Below, in pieces: positions 47,783 to 57,906 of a stretch of DNA of 64,000 nt. The translations under genes were made by a program, and so were the position numbers. The notes below the pieces were generated by a model, which did not search any database, was not told the origin of the DNA, and worked only from the letters and a program-made list of their open reading frames with translations. Source of the stretch: Acidobacteriota bacterium. Its GTDB lineage: Bacteria; Acidobacteriota; Vicinamibacteria; Marinacidobacterales; Marinacidobacteraceae. Numbering within the stretch: the stretch's first letter is position 1; each line of letters opens with the position of its first letter. Location: the NCBI GenBank assembly GCA_022822745.1, contig JAJEAO010000008.1, forward strand, positions 529-64,528. The letters run 5' to 3'.

Positions 47783-49063
47783 TCACGGGGTTCCGTACTT
47801 CCGGAAGCGCTGGCGGTGGGTTCGGACCGTCATGGAGGTCCGGCTGCCTCCGCGGATGATGCCGAGGGTCACCTCCTCCCCGGCGGTCACGTTCAGCCGG
47901 AGATGGAGGAGACAGTCCCGGATCGGCGGATCCGACGCGACCCCGTCCACCGAATGGATGACGTCTCCGGGCTCGAGATCGTGGAGCTCCATGACCGAGG
48001 CGCGCCGATGGACGCGAGTCACCTCGCAGGCGAAACCATCGGGATCGAGATCCAGCTCGCGTTTCGCGGCCTCGGTGAGCGGCGTCGTGCTCACGTGGAG
48101 CTGGGGGTCGATGGACCAGTAGCGGTAGCCGAGGTCGGACACCCACCACAGCGGCGGCAGATCGAGCACGAGATCCACCGGGCCGACCTCCGGCCGCTCC
48201 ACCGTGACTTCCACCCGCTCGGCCGCCCGGTCCACCCCGTCGTAGCGGTAGTGCAGGTCGCCGAAGGTCAGCACGCGCTCTCCCGCGAAGCGCACGATGG
48301 CGTCGCCGGCGCGCATCCCGGCCGCCAGCGCCGCGCCCTCGGCGCGCTCCAGCACCAGACCCCGCGGCACATCGAAGTGAAGGCCGAGATCCCGCACATC
48401 CGGGGATCGGAACATCTCGCGCCGCTTGTCGAGCGTCCCGGCCCGCTCCCGTTCGGCCGCCCGGTAGTCCCCGATCATGTGGCACTCGACGCAGCGGCCC
48501 CGCTCGATTTCCTGCCGAACGAGCCGCTGCAGATCGGTGGCGAAGAACGGGTTCGGCCGCGGGCGGGGAGGCAGCTCCCCCGCGACCCAGCGCTCGTGTT
48601 CGCGGAGGCCGGCTTCAAGTGCGAGCACGAAACTGTCGAGGTCGAGGTAGGAATCCGCCGCCCTCGCGTCGCGGCCCCCGTAGCGAAGGTAGATCTGCTC
48701 GTCCGGGCTGACGATGAAGAAGTAGATCGAGTGGTGCCAGTCGTAGTCGTAGAGGCCGACATCAACCCGACGCATGGTCGTGACGCGGGCGCGCACGAAG
48801 CGCTCGAGCAGACGTCCCCTGACGGAATCGCGCGGCGACAGAACAACCTGCCTGTCGAATCTTCGGCCGCTGACTCAGGGGGAGCAGCGGAACTCGACCA
48901 GCAGGGGCCGTCCGGTCTCCTTTGCGAGGGCCAGAGCCTGCTGGTAGTCGCTGATCCAATCCAGCGTCTCGGACGCCGCCGGCTGGGCGGCGAGGGTGGC
49001 GGGCAGCGTCGCGAGAACTGTCAGCGCCAGGGGCGCGAGACGCGAAACCGGAGCGTTCGTCAT
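47783..49063 (-). CDS. Trx7/PDZ-domain selenoprotein (426 aa, in-frame UGA at 48877-48875)
   Basis: ORFs 48875..49063 and 47783..48796 are one frame separated only by TGA in FRCSP(U). Also signal peptide, RYGGRD, CVECH and two PDZ-like regions. Confidence 0.88.
48836..48857 (-). promoter_or_regulatory. SECIS-like hairpin
   Basis: CGACAGGCAGGUUGUUCUGUCG starts 17 nt after the UGA; bulged U and GGU apical loop. Confidence 0.7.
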
Positions 49064-49185
49064 GGTCCTCCCTCGGTCGGAAAGCGATGGGCCGACACCG
49101 ATCCCTCGAGGTCGGGACCGGTTCGGAGACCCGCAACGCTATACCACCCCGACCGATACGCTCCGGCCCGGGAGAACCCGGCGCC

Positions 49186-49818
49186 ATGGAACCGCTCGAA
49201 CGCCGCCCACCGGGACGGTCCGGAGGAGACTGCGACGAGCGGGCGCCGGTGGAGTCCGTCCCCGCCTACGTGCTCGCCGGGGGCCGAAGCCGCCGATTCG
49301 GGAGCGACAAGGCGCGCTTTGTCATCCGGAGAGAGCCACAGATCGTCGGGCTCGCGAGGACCGTCGCGACCGTCGCCAGCCCGGTCCGGGTGGTCGCCCG
49401 CGAGCCCGGCGCCTACCGGGATCTGGGCCTCGAGACGATCGCCGACCCGATCCCGGATCGGGGGCCGATGGGAGGCCTCCTCGGCGCGCTCGAGGACGCG
49501 AGTCCCGCGCCGTGGATCCTCTGCGTCGCCTGCGATCTCGTGGGCGTCCGCCCCCGATGGGTGCGCGCCCTGCTCGCCGCGCGGGATCCCGGAGTCGTGG
49601 CGTCCGTCTATCGGACCGACCGGTACCATCCGGTTCTCGCCGCTTACCACACCGACCTGCGCCGGGAGGTCCGCCGCCGGGTGGTCGCTGGACGCCTGAC
49701 CATGCAGCGGCTCCTCGACGAAATCCCGGCCGCCGTGCTGACTCCACCCCCGGACTTCTCGAAGCTTGTCAACCTGAACCATCCCGGAGAAGTCCGCCCC
49801 CCGATGCCCCGTGGCTAG
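49186..49818 (+). CDS. mobA: Molybdenum cofactor guanylyltransferase
   Basis: VLAGGRSRRFGSDKA, GPMGG, VACD and NLNHP. Confidence 0.9.
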   Translation: MEPLERRPPGRSGGDCDERAPVESVPAYVLAGGRSRRFGSDKARFVIRREPQIVGLARTVATVASPVRVVAREPGAYRDLGLETIADPIPDRGPMGGLLGALEDASPAPWILCVACDLVGVRPRWVRALLAARDPGVVASVYRTDRYHPVLAAYHTDLRREVRRRVVAGRLTMQRLLDEIPAAVLTPPPDFSKLVNLNHPGEVRPPMPRG

Positions 49819-52030
49819 ACCCCGGGTCGGCGCCGGCGGCGGGGTGGCGGCGCTCTCCTACGTGGCCCGCCAGGCGCTCTCCGTCGGGAACCCGTTCGCG
49901 CTCTACCGGAGGATGCGGAGCCGCAACGCGTGCAAGACCTGCGGGCTCGGCATGGGCGGGCAGCGCGGCGGGATGGTGAACGAGGCCGGACACATCCTCG
50001 AGGTATGCAAGAAGTCCGTCCAGGCGCAGGCCGGCGACATGCAGGCCGCGATCAGCGAGAGCCGGCTGCGCGCGCTCCCGTTCCGCCGGCTGGAGGCGCT
50101 TGGTTCGAGGGAGCTCGAACGCCTGGGACGGGTGGCGTTTCCCATGCTCGCGCGCCCCGGAGACGCCGGCTTCCGCCGCATCGGGTGGGAGGAGGCGCTC
50201 GAAGTGGCCGCCGAGGCGTTCCGCGCCGCCCCGCCCGAGGAGGTCTTCTTCTACTCCTCGGGGCGGGCGAGCAACGAGGCCGCCTTCCTGATGCAGCTCG
50301 TGGCCCGGGCCTGGGGAACCGGCAACATCCACAACTGCTCCTTCTACTGCCACCAGGCCTCGAGCGTCGCCCTGAGCGAGGTCTATGGATCGGGAACCGG
50401 CTCGATCCGGCTGGAAGACCTCGAGAAGGCGGATCTCGCCCTGATCGCAGGGGCGAATCCGGCGAGCAACCACCCGCGCCTGATCACCCAGCTCGTGCGG
50501 CTCCGCCGCCGCGGGGGCCGCGTCATCATCGTGAATCCGCTCCGCGAACTCGGGCTCCAGCGGTTCCGCGTCCCCTCGGACTGGCGGAGCATGCTGTTCG
50601 GCTCGACCGTTTCCGACCTCTACCTCCAGCCCCACATCGGCGGCGATGTAGCGCTCTACAAGGCCATCCTGAAGGCGCTTCTCGCTCGGGGGAGCGTGCG
50701 CGAGGGATACATCGCCCGCCATACGCGGGGCTGGGAAGGAGTGCGGACGGACCTCGAGGCGACCTCGTGGCGCCGCCTGATCGAGGCCTCCGGCGTGGCG
50801 CGGCGGGAGATCGAGGCCGCGGCGGAGATGCTCGGGAAGGCCGGGCGCGGCATCTTCTGCTGGGCCATGGGTCTGACGCACCATGCGCACGGCATCGAAA
50901 ACGTGCTCGCTCTGTCCAACCTCGCCCTCGCCCGCGGCTTCCTCGGCGCACCCGGCGCCGGGCTCCTCCCCATCCGGGGCCACTCGAACGTCCAGGGCGT
51001 CGGGTCCGTCGGGGTGGCGCCGGTGATGAAGGAGGCGTTCGCCCGCCGGCTCCACGAGCTCTACGACATCGCGCTGCCGGCGCGCGCGGGGATGGACACC
51101 TACCGCTGCATGGAGGCTGCCGCGGCCGGACGGATCCGCGCCGCGTTCCTGCTCGGCGGCAACCTGTTCGCGAGCAACCCGGACCGGGTCTGGGCGGCGC
51201 GCAGCCTGCGGCGCATCGGCACGTCCGTGTTCGTTTCCACGAAGCTGAACGAGGGCCATGTCCACGGTCGCGGCCGCGCGACGCTCGTCCTGCCGCCCCT
51301 CGCCCGCGACGAGGAGCGCGAGGGGACGACCCAGGAGTCCATGTTCAGCTTCGTGCGCCTGTCGGAAGGCGGACAGCCCCCGGTGAGCCACGAAATGCGT
51401 TCCGAGGTGGAGATCATCGCCTCGCTCGCGGAGCGGATCCTGCCGCCGGGCCGCTTCGACTGGAGGGGCCTCCGGTCCCACGAAGCGCTCCGCGCCGCGA
51501 TCGCGAGAACGGTGCCCGGCTACCGCCCGATCGGCAAGCTGGATCGGGGCGGCGACGAGTTCCACGTCCGGGGCCGCGCCTTCCACGAGCCCCGGTTCGC
51601 CACCGACGACGGCCGGGCGCGCTTCCGCGTCACGCCGCTGCCGGACTTTCGCCTCGAGGCCGACGAGTTCCGACTCATGACGCTCCGTTCCGAAGGCCAG
51701 TTCAACACGGTCGTGTACGACGAGGAGGATCTCTACCGGGGAAACCGCCGCCGGGACACGGTCATGATGTCGGCGCCGGACGCCGAAGCCCGCGGGTTCG
51801 AGGAGGGCGACCGCGTCACCGTGGTGACCGATGTCGGAAGCCTCCGGGTCTCGGTGGCCATCGTGGACATCCGTCCCGGAAACCTCGCCATGTACTACCC
51901 CGAGGCGAACGTCCTGGTGCCCCGCCGACTGGATCGCCGTTCCGGGACTCCGGCGTTCAAGTCGGTCCGCGCCCGGATCGAGAGCGGAAGCACCCGCCCG
52001 CCGCAACCGAATCCCGTCGGCCTGCAGTAG
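49811..52030 (+). CDS. FdhF/YdeP-family molybdopterin oxidoreductase
   Basis: CKTC.LGMGG, YSSGRASNE, NCSFYCH, RGHSNVQG and TLRSEGQFNT. Confidence 0.93.
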   Translation: MARPRVGAGGGVAALSYVARQALSVGNPFALYRRMRSRNACKTCGLGMGGQRGGMVNEAGHILEVCKKSVQAQAGDMQAAISESRLRALPFRRLEALGSRELERLGRVAFPMLARPGDAGFRRIGWEEALEVAAEAFRAAPPEEVFFYSSGRASNEAAFLMQLVARAWGTGNIHNCSFYCHQASSVALSEVYGSGTGSIRLEDLEKADLALIAGANPASNHPRLITQLVRLRRRGGRVIIVNPLRELGLQRFRVPSDWRSMLFGSTVSDLYLQPHIGGDVALYKAILKALLARGSVREGYIARHTRGWEGVRTDLEATSWRRLIEASGVARREIEAAAEMLGKAGRGIFCWAMGLTHHAHGIENVLALSNLALARGFLGAPGAGLLPIRGHSNVQGVGSVGVAPVMKEAFARRLHELYDIALPARAGMDTYRCMEAAAAGRIRAAFLLGGNLFASNPDRVWAARSLRRIGTSVFVSTKLNEGHVHGRGRATLVLPPLARDEEREGTTQESMFSFVRLSEGGQPPVSHEMRSEVEIIASLAERILPPGRFDWRGLRSHEALRAAIARTVPGYRPIGKLDRGGDEFHVRGRAFHEPRFATDDGRARFRVTPLPDFRLEADEFRLMTLRSEGQFNTVVYDEEDLYRGNRRRDTVMMSAPDAEARGFEEGDRVTVVTDVGSLRVSVAIVDIRPGNLAMYYPEANVLVPRRLDRRSGTPAFKSVRARIESGSTRPPQPNPVGLQ

Positions 52031-52043
52031 TCCCGGGCGGGGT

Positions 52044-52487
52044 TCAGGCGGCCGCGTTTGGGAACAGCTTCTCGATCCGCTGCTCCGCCTCCGCCCGGTG
52101 ACCGGGCTCGATGTGGATCAGGACGGTCGCGAACGCCAGCGCGAGAACTCCCAGATCGTCCGAGAATCCGACGACCGGAACCAGGTCGGGGATCGCGTCC
52201 ACCGGAACGATGAAGTAGCCGAGTGCGCCGAGGATCTTCGCCTTCGCCCACTTCGGGGTGGCCGGATCCTGGAGGCAGTGGTAGAGCACGAGCGCCTTCC
52301 GAATGACGTCCACGCCGGCTGCCACCGCGAACTTGCCGACCTTGGTCCAGAACCCGGCCTCGCTGTAGGAGGCCTCGTAATCGTGCTGCGTCTCGACGGA
52401 ATCCGCGCCCTCGCGAAGCGCCCCGCCGTTTGTCGAGATCTTTCCGCCGTCCGTCGGCGGGGTTTCCTCCGGTGGTTCGCTGCTCAT
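52044..52487 (-). CDS. YkvA/DUF1232-family protein
   Basis: ALGYFIVPVDAIPDLVPVVGFSDD. Confidence 0.92.
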   Translation of the reverse strand: MSSEPPEETPPTDGGKISTNGGALREGADSVETQHDYEASYSEAGFWTKVGKFAVAAGVDVIRKALVLYHCLQDPATPKWAKAKILGALGYFIVPVDAIPDLVPVVGFSDDLGVLALAFATVLIHIEPGHRAEAEQRIEKLFPNAAA

Positions 52488-52603
52488 GAGTCTCCTCCGT
52501 CTGACCGAGGCCTAGGGAAGCGCTGGAGCCGGGACGTTTCGGACTCCTTCGATCGGGTCGTGAGCCGCAACCGCCCGCTCCGAGCCGACGGCACCTCAGG
52601 AGC

Positions 52604-54313
52604 TCAGAACCCCTTCGCGAGGCCGAGGCGGCGCGGATCGGTGACGCCGTGGAGCTTCCCGGTGTTCGGGTCGCGCCAGACGATCTGCATCGAGCCGGCG
52701 TGCCAGTTGTACGGCCCCATGCTCTCGATCCGGATCCCGCGGGCGCGCAGACCCTCCCGCACTTCCTCGGTGATGCGCGACTCGATCGCGAGCACCTGTT
52801 CGCCGCCCCGGAAAGCGAAGAAGCGGGGCGCGTCCGCCGCCTCGCCGGGCGTCATCCCGAAGTCGATCACGTTCACGAGCACCTGCGTCACCGGCTGGGG
52901 CGGGACGCCGGGGGAACCGAGCGCGAGCCAGGGCGCGCCGTCCCTCGCGACGATCGTTCCGGTGCTGTTCGGGCTCACTCTTCGGCCCGGCCCGGTCGTC
53001 TGTCCCGGGAACCCGCTCCCGGTGGCCCGCACGCCGCCGATGAAGATCCCCGGCGCGCCGCCGTGCCCGGTGTGGAGCGAGGTGATCCAGTTCCCCTCGG
53101 CATCCACGATGACGTTGTGGTTGCTCTCGTCCACGAGCGACGGCGCATCCGCGGATCGGGCGATGCGCACCGGCGCGGCGGGCCGAAGCGCCAGGGTCGC
53201 GTCGGCTGGCGTCAGATCCACGCCGGGCGCCACCATGGTCTTGCGGACGAACTCGGCGCCGAACTTCGCGTAGTCCTTCGACAGCCACACGTCGGTCGGG
53301 ATCTGGAAGGCCAGCGGGTCCGTGACCCCGTAGCGCATGTCCGTCTCCACCCGTCCCAGCGCCCGCGTCAGGATCTCGAGGCTCTCCGCCGACTCGGCGT
53401 AGTGGCCCATGCTCCCGAGGTCGAAGTTCTCGAGGATGTTCAGGTTGTAGCCGATCTGGATGCCGCCCTTCTTCGGCGGGGACTCGCTGATCACCTCGTA
53501 GCCGCGGTAGGTGGAGCGCACCGGCTCCGACCAGCGCACCTCGAACGCCCCCATGTCCTCGAGGCTCACGCAGTACCCCTTCGCGCGCGACTGCTCGACG
53601 AACTCCTGTCCCCACGCCCCGGTGTAGAGGTAGTCGGCGCCGTCGGCGGCGATGCCGCGCAGCGTCGCCGCCAGCGCCGGCATCTTCCATTCATGCCCCA
53701 CCGGGACGAGGTGGCCGTCCGGCATGTAGTGCTCCCACGCCTCCCGGTTCTGCTGGATCAGATCGCCGGTCTCCCAACTGTTGTAGTTGTTCCCGTACAT
53801 GAAGGAGGTCACGAGAACGCCTTCCTCGGCGGCGGCGATCGCCGGGGCGACGTAGTCGGCCCAGTCTCGAGTGCCCCAGCGGTCAGCGAGGGCGCCGAGC
53901 CCCGCGACCTTGCCGCCGATCGCGACTTGGGACGGATCGCCTTCGCCGCAGCGGCCGGCGAGCGGCCGCTCGGAGTAGGCCTCGAAGACGTGGTACTGCC
54001 CGGTCGCCGCCTCGTAGTAGAGGCCGCCCATCGCGCCGAAGAGGCTGACCTGGTGGTAGTCCACGACGTTCTGGAGGAAGACCGCGGTCACGAAGGCGTC
54101 CACCGCGTTCCCGCCGTTGCGGAGCACTTCGAGCGCGGCTTCGGTGACGATCGGGAGCTGGGTGCTCACCATGACCGAATCGCCGACGGCCTCCTGCTTC
54201 GGGCCCTGGTTGTAGAGCGCGTCCCGCGCATCGGGCGGGTTCTGGCCGGATGCGGGCCCGGCGCTCAGCAGGCAGATGCCCGCGGTCAGGAAAGCGGGGA
54301 TGCGCTTCTTCAT
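52604..54313 (-). CDS. Secreted gamma-glutamyltransferase-like Ntn hydrolase, copy 1 (alternative in-frame start at 54460)
   Basis: GGNAVDA, YRGY, SNHNVIVDAEGN, APRF and GVTDPRR. Confidence 0.9.
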   Translation of the reverse strand: MKKRIPAFLTAGICLLSAGPASGQNPPDARDALYNQGPKQEAVGDSVMVSTQLPIVTEAALEVLRNGGNAVDAFVTAVFLQNVVDYHQVSLFGAMGGLYYEAATGQYHVFEAYSERPLAGRCGEGDPSQVAIGGKVAGLGALADRWGTRDWADYVAPAIAAAEEGVLVTSFMYGNNYNSWETGDLIQQNREAWEHYMPDGHLVPVGHEWKMPALAATLRGIAADGADYLYTGAWGQEFVEQSRAKGYCVSLEDMGAFEVRWSEPVRSTYRGYEVISESPPKKGGIQIGYNLNILENFDLGSMGHYAESAESLEILTRALGRVETDMRYGVTDPLAFQIPTDVWLSKDYAKFGAEFVRKTMVAPGVDLTPADATLALRPAAPVRIARSADAPSLVDESNHNVIVDAEGNWITSLHTGHGGAPGIFIGGVRATGSGFPGQTTGPGRRVSPNSTGTIVARDGAPWLALGSPGVPPQPVTQVLVNVIDFGMTPGEAADAPRFFAFRGGEQVLAIESRITEEVREGLRARGIRIESMGPYNWHAGSMQIVWRDPNTGKLHGVTDPRRLGLAKGF

Positions 54314-54338
54314 GGGTTCTCCTGGTTGGGACGCTCCC

Positions 54339-54449
54339 GTGCCGCTCAGGAGAGCGGCGTTCCATAGGCGCCGGCGCGTTTGTGGCGCGGTGCCGCTCTG
54401 GAGAGCGGCGATCCATCCGGCGGCGCCGGTCTGGAGAGCGGCGATCCAT
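54339..54449 (-). repeat. Three tandem REP-like palindromes
   Basis: GYGCCGSTCWGGAGAGCGGCGWTCCAT at ~54339, ~54390 and ~54423. Confidence 0.85.
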
Positions 54450-54490
54450 GCGCGCTTCATGGGTCTTCCTCCCGGTTGCGACGGGTTCCG

Positions 54491-56188
54491 TCAGTAGCCG
54501 ATCACGACGCCGAGCCGCCGCGGATCGGTCGCTCCGTGGAGCTTCCCGTCGTCGCCGCGCCAGACGATCTGCATCGAGCCGGTGTGCCAGTTGTAGGCGC
54601 CGAGATCGGTGACGGGGATCCCGCTCCGCTTCATGCCCTGGCGCACCGCGTCGGAGATGCGGGACTCGATCTGGACGCCCCGCTCCCCACCGCGAAACGC
54701 CCAGAAGCGCGGCGCGTCGGCCGCGTCCTTCGGGTGCATGCCGTAGTCAATGATGTTCACGAGAACCTCGGTGACCGGCTGCGGCGGCGATCCCGGAGTG
54801 CCCATGGCGAGCCACGGCTTGCCCTCCTTCGCGATGATGATCCCGGTGATCGGCAGGACGAGCCGGCGACCCGGGCCCGCGGTGGCGGCGCGGGCGGTGC
54901 TCCCGGTGGCGCGCACGCCATCAATGAAGATGCCCGGCGCCCCGCCGTGCCCGGTGTGGAGCATGGACACCCAGTTGCCGCCTGCGTCCACGATCACGTT
55001 GTGGTTGCTCCCGAGGTTGGCGTGGTCGGCGCCTCCGGGGCCGCGGGGGAAGAGCGACGCCGTCATGTCGGCCGTCTCGTTCCCGGAGAGGTCCACGTCG
55101 GGGAGCAGCATCGTGTTCTCGACGAAGGTGGCGCCGAGCTTTCCGTACTCGTCCGACAGCCACAGATCCGTGGGCATCCGGAAGTTCAGGGGATCCTTGA
55201 TGACCCAGCGCGTCTCGTCGGAGACCCGGCCGAAGGCGCGGATCATGATCTCGAGCGCCTCGGGGGACTCGCTGTAGTGGCCCATGCCGTTCAGATCGAA
55301 GTTCTCGAGGATCTTCAGGTTCGCGCCGACGATGACCCCTCCGGTGTCGGGCGGCGGCGAGCCGTAGAAGTCGAGGCCGCGATAGGTGAACTTCGTCGGG
55401 TCGTCCCAGTGAGGCTTGTAGTCCGCCATGTCCTGCATGCTGACCGCGTAGCCCTTGGCGTTCGCGGCCTTCACGAACTTCTCGGCCCAGGCCCCGGTGT
55501 ACATGTAGTCGGCGCCCTCGGAAGCCACCATCTTCAGGTGCTCGGCGAGCGCCGGCCGCTTCCAGCGTTCGCCCACCGGCACCAGGTGGCCGTTCGCCAT
55601 GTACGCCAGACGCGCCTCGGGGTTCTTGACGAGGTCTCCCTGCTCCATCAGGTTGTAGTTGATGCCGTACATGAACGAGGTGACGATTGCGCCCTCCTCG
55701 GCCGAGGCGATGGCTGGCTGCAGGTACTGCGACCACTCCATGGCGCCGCTGCCGTAGCGCTCCGCGATCGCTTCGAGACCGCGGACCACGCCGCCGATGG
55801 CGACCTTCGAGACATCGCCGTGGTCGTGGCGGTCGGCGCGCGGGCGCTCCGAGACCGCGTTCAGCGACCAGTACTTCTCGGTAGCGGCGTCATAGCCGAT
55901 CACCGACATCGAGCCGAAGTGCGAGACCTGGTGGAAGTCCTGGACGTGCTGCACGAAGACGGCGGTCACCATGGCGTCCACCGCGTTCCCGCCGTCCTTC
56001 AGCACCTGGAGCGCCGCGTTGCTGACCACCGGAAGCTGGGTGGCCACCATGACCGAGTCGCCGCTCACCGTCGGCTTCGGCCCCTGGTTGAGCTGTGGAT
56101 CGGGTCCGTTCTGCGCTGCCCCGGTGGTCGCGAGGGCCAGCACCCCCACGACCGCCAGAAGTTGTTTCGTTGTAGAGCTCTTTCTCAT
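54491..56188 (-). CDS. Secreted gamma-glutamyltransferase-like Ntn hydrolase, copy 2
   Basis: Signal peptide; GGNAVDA, SNHNVIVDAGGN and GATDPRR. Confidence 0.9.
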   Translation of the reverse strand: MRKSSTTKQLLAVVGVLALATTGAAQNGPDPQLNQGPKPTVSGDSVMVATQLPVVSNAALQVLKDGGNAVDAMVTAVFVQHVQDFHQVSHFGSMSVIGYDAATEKYWSLNAVSERPRADRHDHGDVSKVAIGGVVRGLEAIAERYGSGAMEWSQYLQPAIASAEEGAIVTSFMYGINYNLMEQGDLVKNPEARLAYMANGHLVPVGERWKRPALAEHLKMVASEGADYMYTGAWAEKFVKAANAKGYAVSMQDMADYKPHWDDPTKFTYRGLDFYGSPPPDTGGVIVGANLKILENFDLNGMGHYSESPEALEIMIRAFGRVSDETRWVIKDPLNFRMPTDLWLSDEYGKLGATFVENTMLLPDVDLSGNETADMTASLFPRGPGGADHANLGSNHNVIVDAGGNWVSMLHTGHGGAPGIFIDGVRATGSTARAATAGPGRRLVLPITGIIIAKEGKPWLAMGTPGSPPQPVTEVLVNIIDYGMHPKDAADAPRFWAFRGGERGVQIESRISDAVRQGMKRSGIPVTDLGAYNWHTGSMQIVWRGDDGKLHGATDPRRLGVVIGY

Positions 56189-56208
56189 GACGCTCCCCCT
56201 GTTGATGT

Positions 56209-57906
56209 TCAATGGCCGGCGGCCAGTCCCAGCCGCCGGGGGTCGCTGACTCCGTGGAGTCTTCCGTCGTCACCGCGCCAGACGATCTGCATCGAGCCGG
56301 TGTGCCAGTTGTAGTCGCCGAGTTCCTCCATCGAGATGCCGCTCCTCGCCATCCCGCGGCGCACTTCCTCCGAGATCCGCGACTCGATCCGGAGAAAGCG
56401 CCGTTCGGTCTGCCCGTAGAGGAACGCCCAGAAGCGCGGGGCGTCCGCGGCGTCCTTCGGGTGCATCCCGAAGTCGAGGATGTTGACCAGCACCTCGGTC
56501 ACCGGCTGCGGTGGAAACCCGGGCGTCCCCAGCGAGAGCCAGGGCTTCCCGTCCCGCATCACGAAGACGCCGGTGACCTCGGCGAGGATGCGTCGTCCCG
56601 GGCCGGCGGTCTCCGCCTTCACTCCGCTGCCGGTGGCCCGGACCCCGTCGATGAAGATGCCCGGGGCCCCGCCGTGGCCGGTGTGGAGCGATGTGATCCA
56701 GTTCCCCTCCGCGTCCACGATCACGTTGTGGTTGCTGCCGAGGGTCATCGCCGCCGTGGCGGCGGCGTCCGCCGCGCGGGTCTCGACCTCGACCGACGCC
56801 GTCAGATCCACGCCGGGCAGCGGCATGGTCTGGCGCACGTACTCGGCGCTCAGCCGCGCGTAGTCCTTCGAGGTCCACAGCTCGACGGGATTCCGGTACG
56901 CGGCGGGGTCCTGGATGGACCACTTCATGTCCGACTCCACCTTGCCGAAGCTGCGGACCATGATCTCGAGCGTCTCCGGCGACTCGGCGTAGTGGCCGGA
57001 CTCCTCCAGGTCGAACTGCTCCAGCACGTTCAGGTTCTGCCCCACGAGCAGACCGCCCTTGTTCGGGGGCGGCTCCACCAGGATCTCGTGACCGCGGTAG
57101 GTGAAGCGCGCGGGCTCGAGCCACCGCGTCTCGTACTCGGCGAGATCCTCCAGCGTGACGCAGAAGCCGCGCGCATTCGCCTGCTCGACGAACTTCCGCG
57201 CCCAGTCGCCGCGATAGAGGTGGTCGGCGCCGTGCTCGGCGACGGCGCGCAGGGTCGAGGCGAGCGCGGGCATCTTCCAGGTTCCGCCGACCGGGACGAG
57301 GTAACCGTCCGGCATGTAGGCCGCTCGCGCCTCCTCGTTTCCATTGATCAGGTCGCCCGTCTCCCGACTGTTGTAGTTCACGGCGTACTGGAAGTTCGTG
57401 ACCAGGATCCCGTCCTCGGCCGCCGTGATCGCCGGCTCCAGATAGGAAGCCCAGGGCTTCGTGCCGAACCGCTCGGCGAGGGACTCCAGCCCGCGCACGG
57501 TGCCCCCGATCGCCAGCCGGCCCACTCTCAGGCCATCGCCGCAGCGGTCCGCGCGCGGCCGCTCCGAGAAGGCGTTGAAGGCGTAGGTCCTCCCGGTGGC
57601 GGCCTCGAAATAGAGCCCGGACATGGCCCCGAAGTGCGAGACCTGGTGGAAGTCCTCGACGTGCTGGAGGAACACCGCGGTGACGAAGGCGTCCACTGCG
57701 TTGCCTCCGTCCTCGAGCACCCGGAGCGCCGCGCGGGTGACGTTCGGGAGCTGGGTGGCCACCATGCCCCCGTCGGCCGTCGCCACCGCCTTCGGCCCCT
57801 GGTTCAGCAGCGGATCGCGCGCATCGGTCGGCTGGGCCATGCTCGCCGGCGCCAGGGCCGCGAGCATCGCGCCGAGCGCGAGCCCGCTTCGGAACAGAGG
57901 TCTCAT
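56209..57906 (-). CDS. Secreted gamma-glutamyltransferase-like Ntn hydrolase, copy 3
   Basis: ATG overlaps the DUF885 stop; signal peptide; GGNAVDA, SNHNVIVDAEGN and GVSDPRR. Confidence 0.9.
   Translation of the reverse strand: MRPLFRSGLALGAMLAALAPASMAQPTDARDPLLNQGPKAVATADGGMVATQLPNVTRAALRVLEDGGNAVDAFVTAVFLQHVEDFHQVSHFGAMSGLYFEAATGRTYAFNAFSERPRADRCGDGLRVGRLAIGGTVRGLESLAERFGTKPWASYLEPAITAAEDGILVTNFQYAVNYNSRETGDLINGNEEARAAYMPDGYLVPVGGTWKMPALASTLRAVAEHGADHLYRGDWARKFVEQANARGFCVTLEDLAEYETRWLEPARFTYRGHEILVEPPPNKGGLLVGQNLNVLEQFDLEESGHYAESPETLEIMVRSFGKVESDMKWSIQDPAAYRNPVELWTSKDYARLSAEYVRQTMPLPGVDLTASVEVETRAADAAATAAMTLGSNHNVIVDAEGNWITSLHTGHGGAPGIFIDGVRATGSGVKAETAGPGRRILAEVTGVFVMRDGKPWLSLGTPGFPPQPVTEVLVNILDFGMHPKDAADAPRFWAFLYGQTERRFLRIESRISEEVRRGMARSGISMEELGDYNWHTGSMQIVWRGDDGRLHGVSDPRRLGLAAGH

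Noticed and set aside
49811-52030. Sec-containing formate dehydrogenase
   Set aside because: Uninterrupted frame with Cys motifs; YdeP-like.
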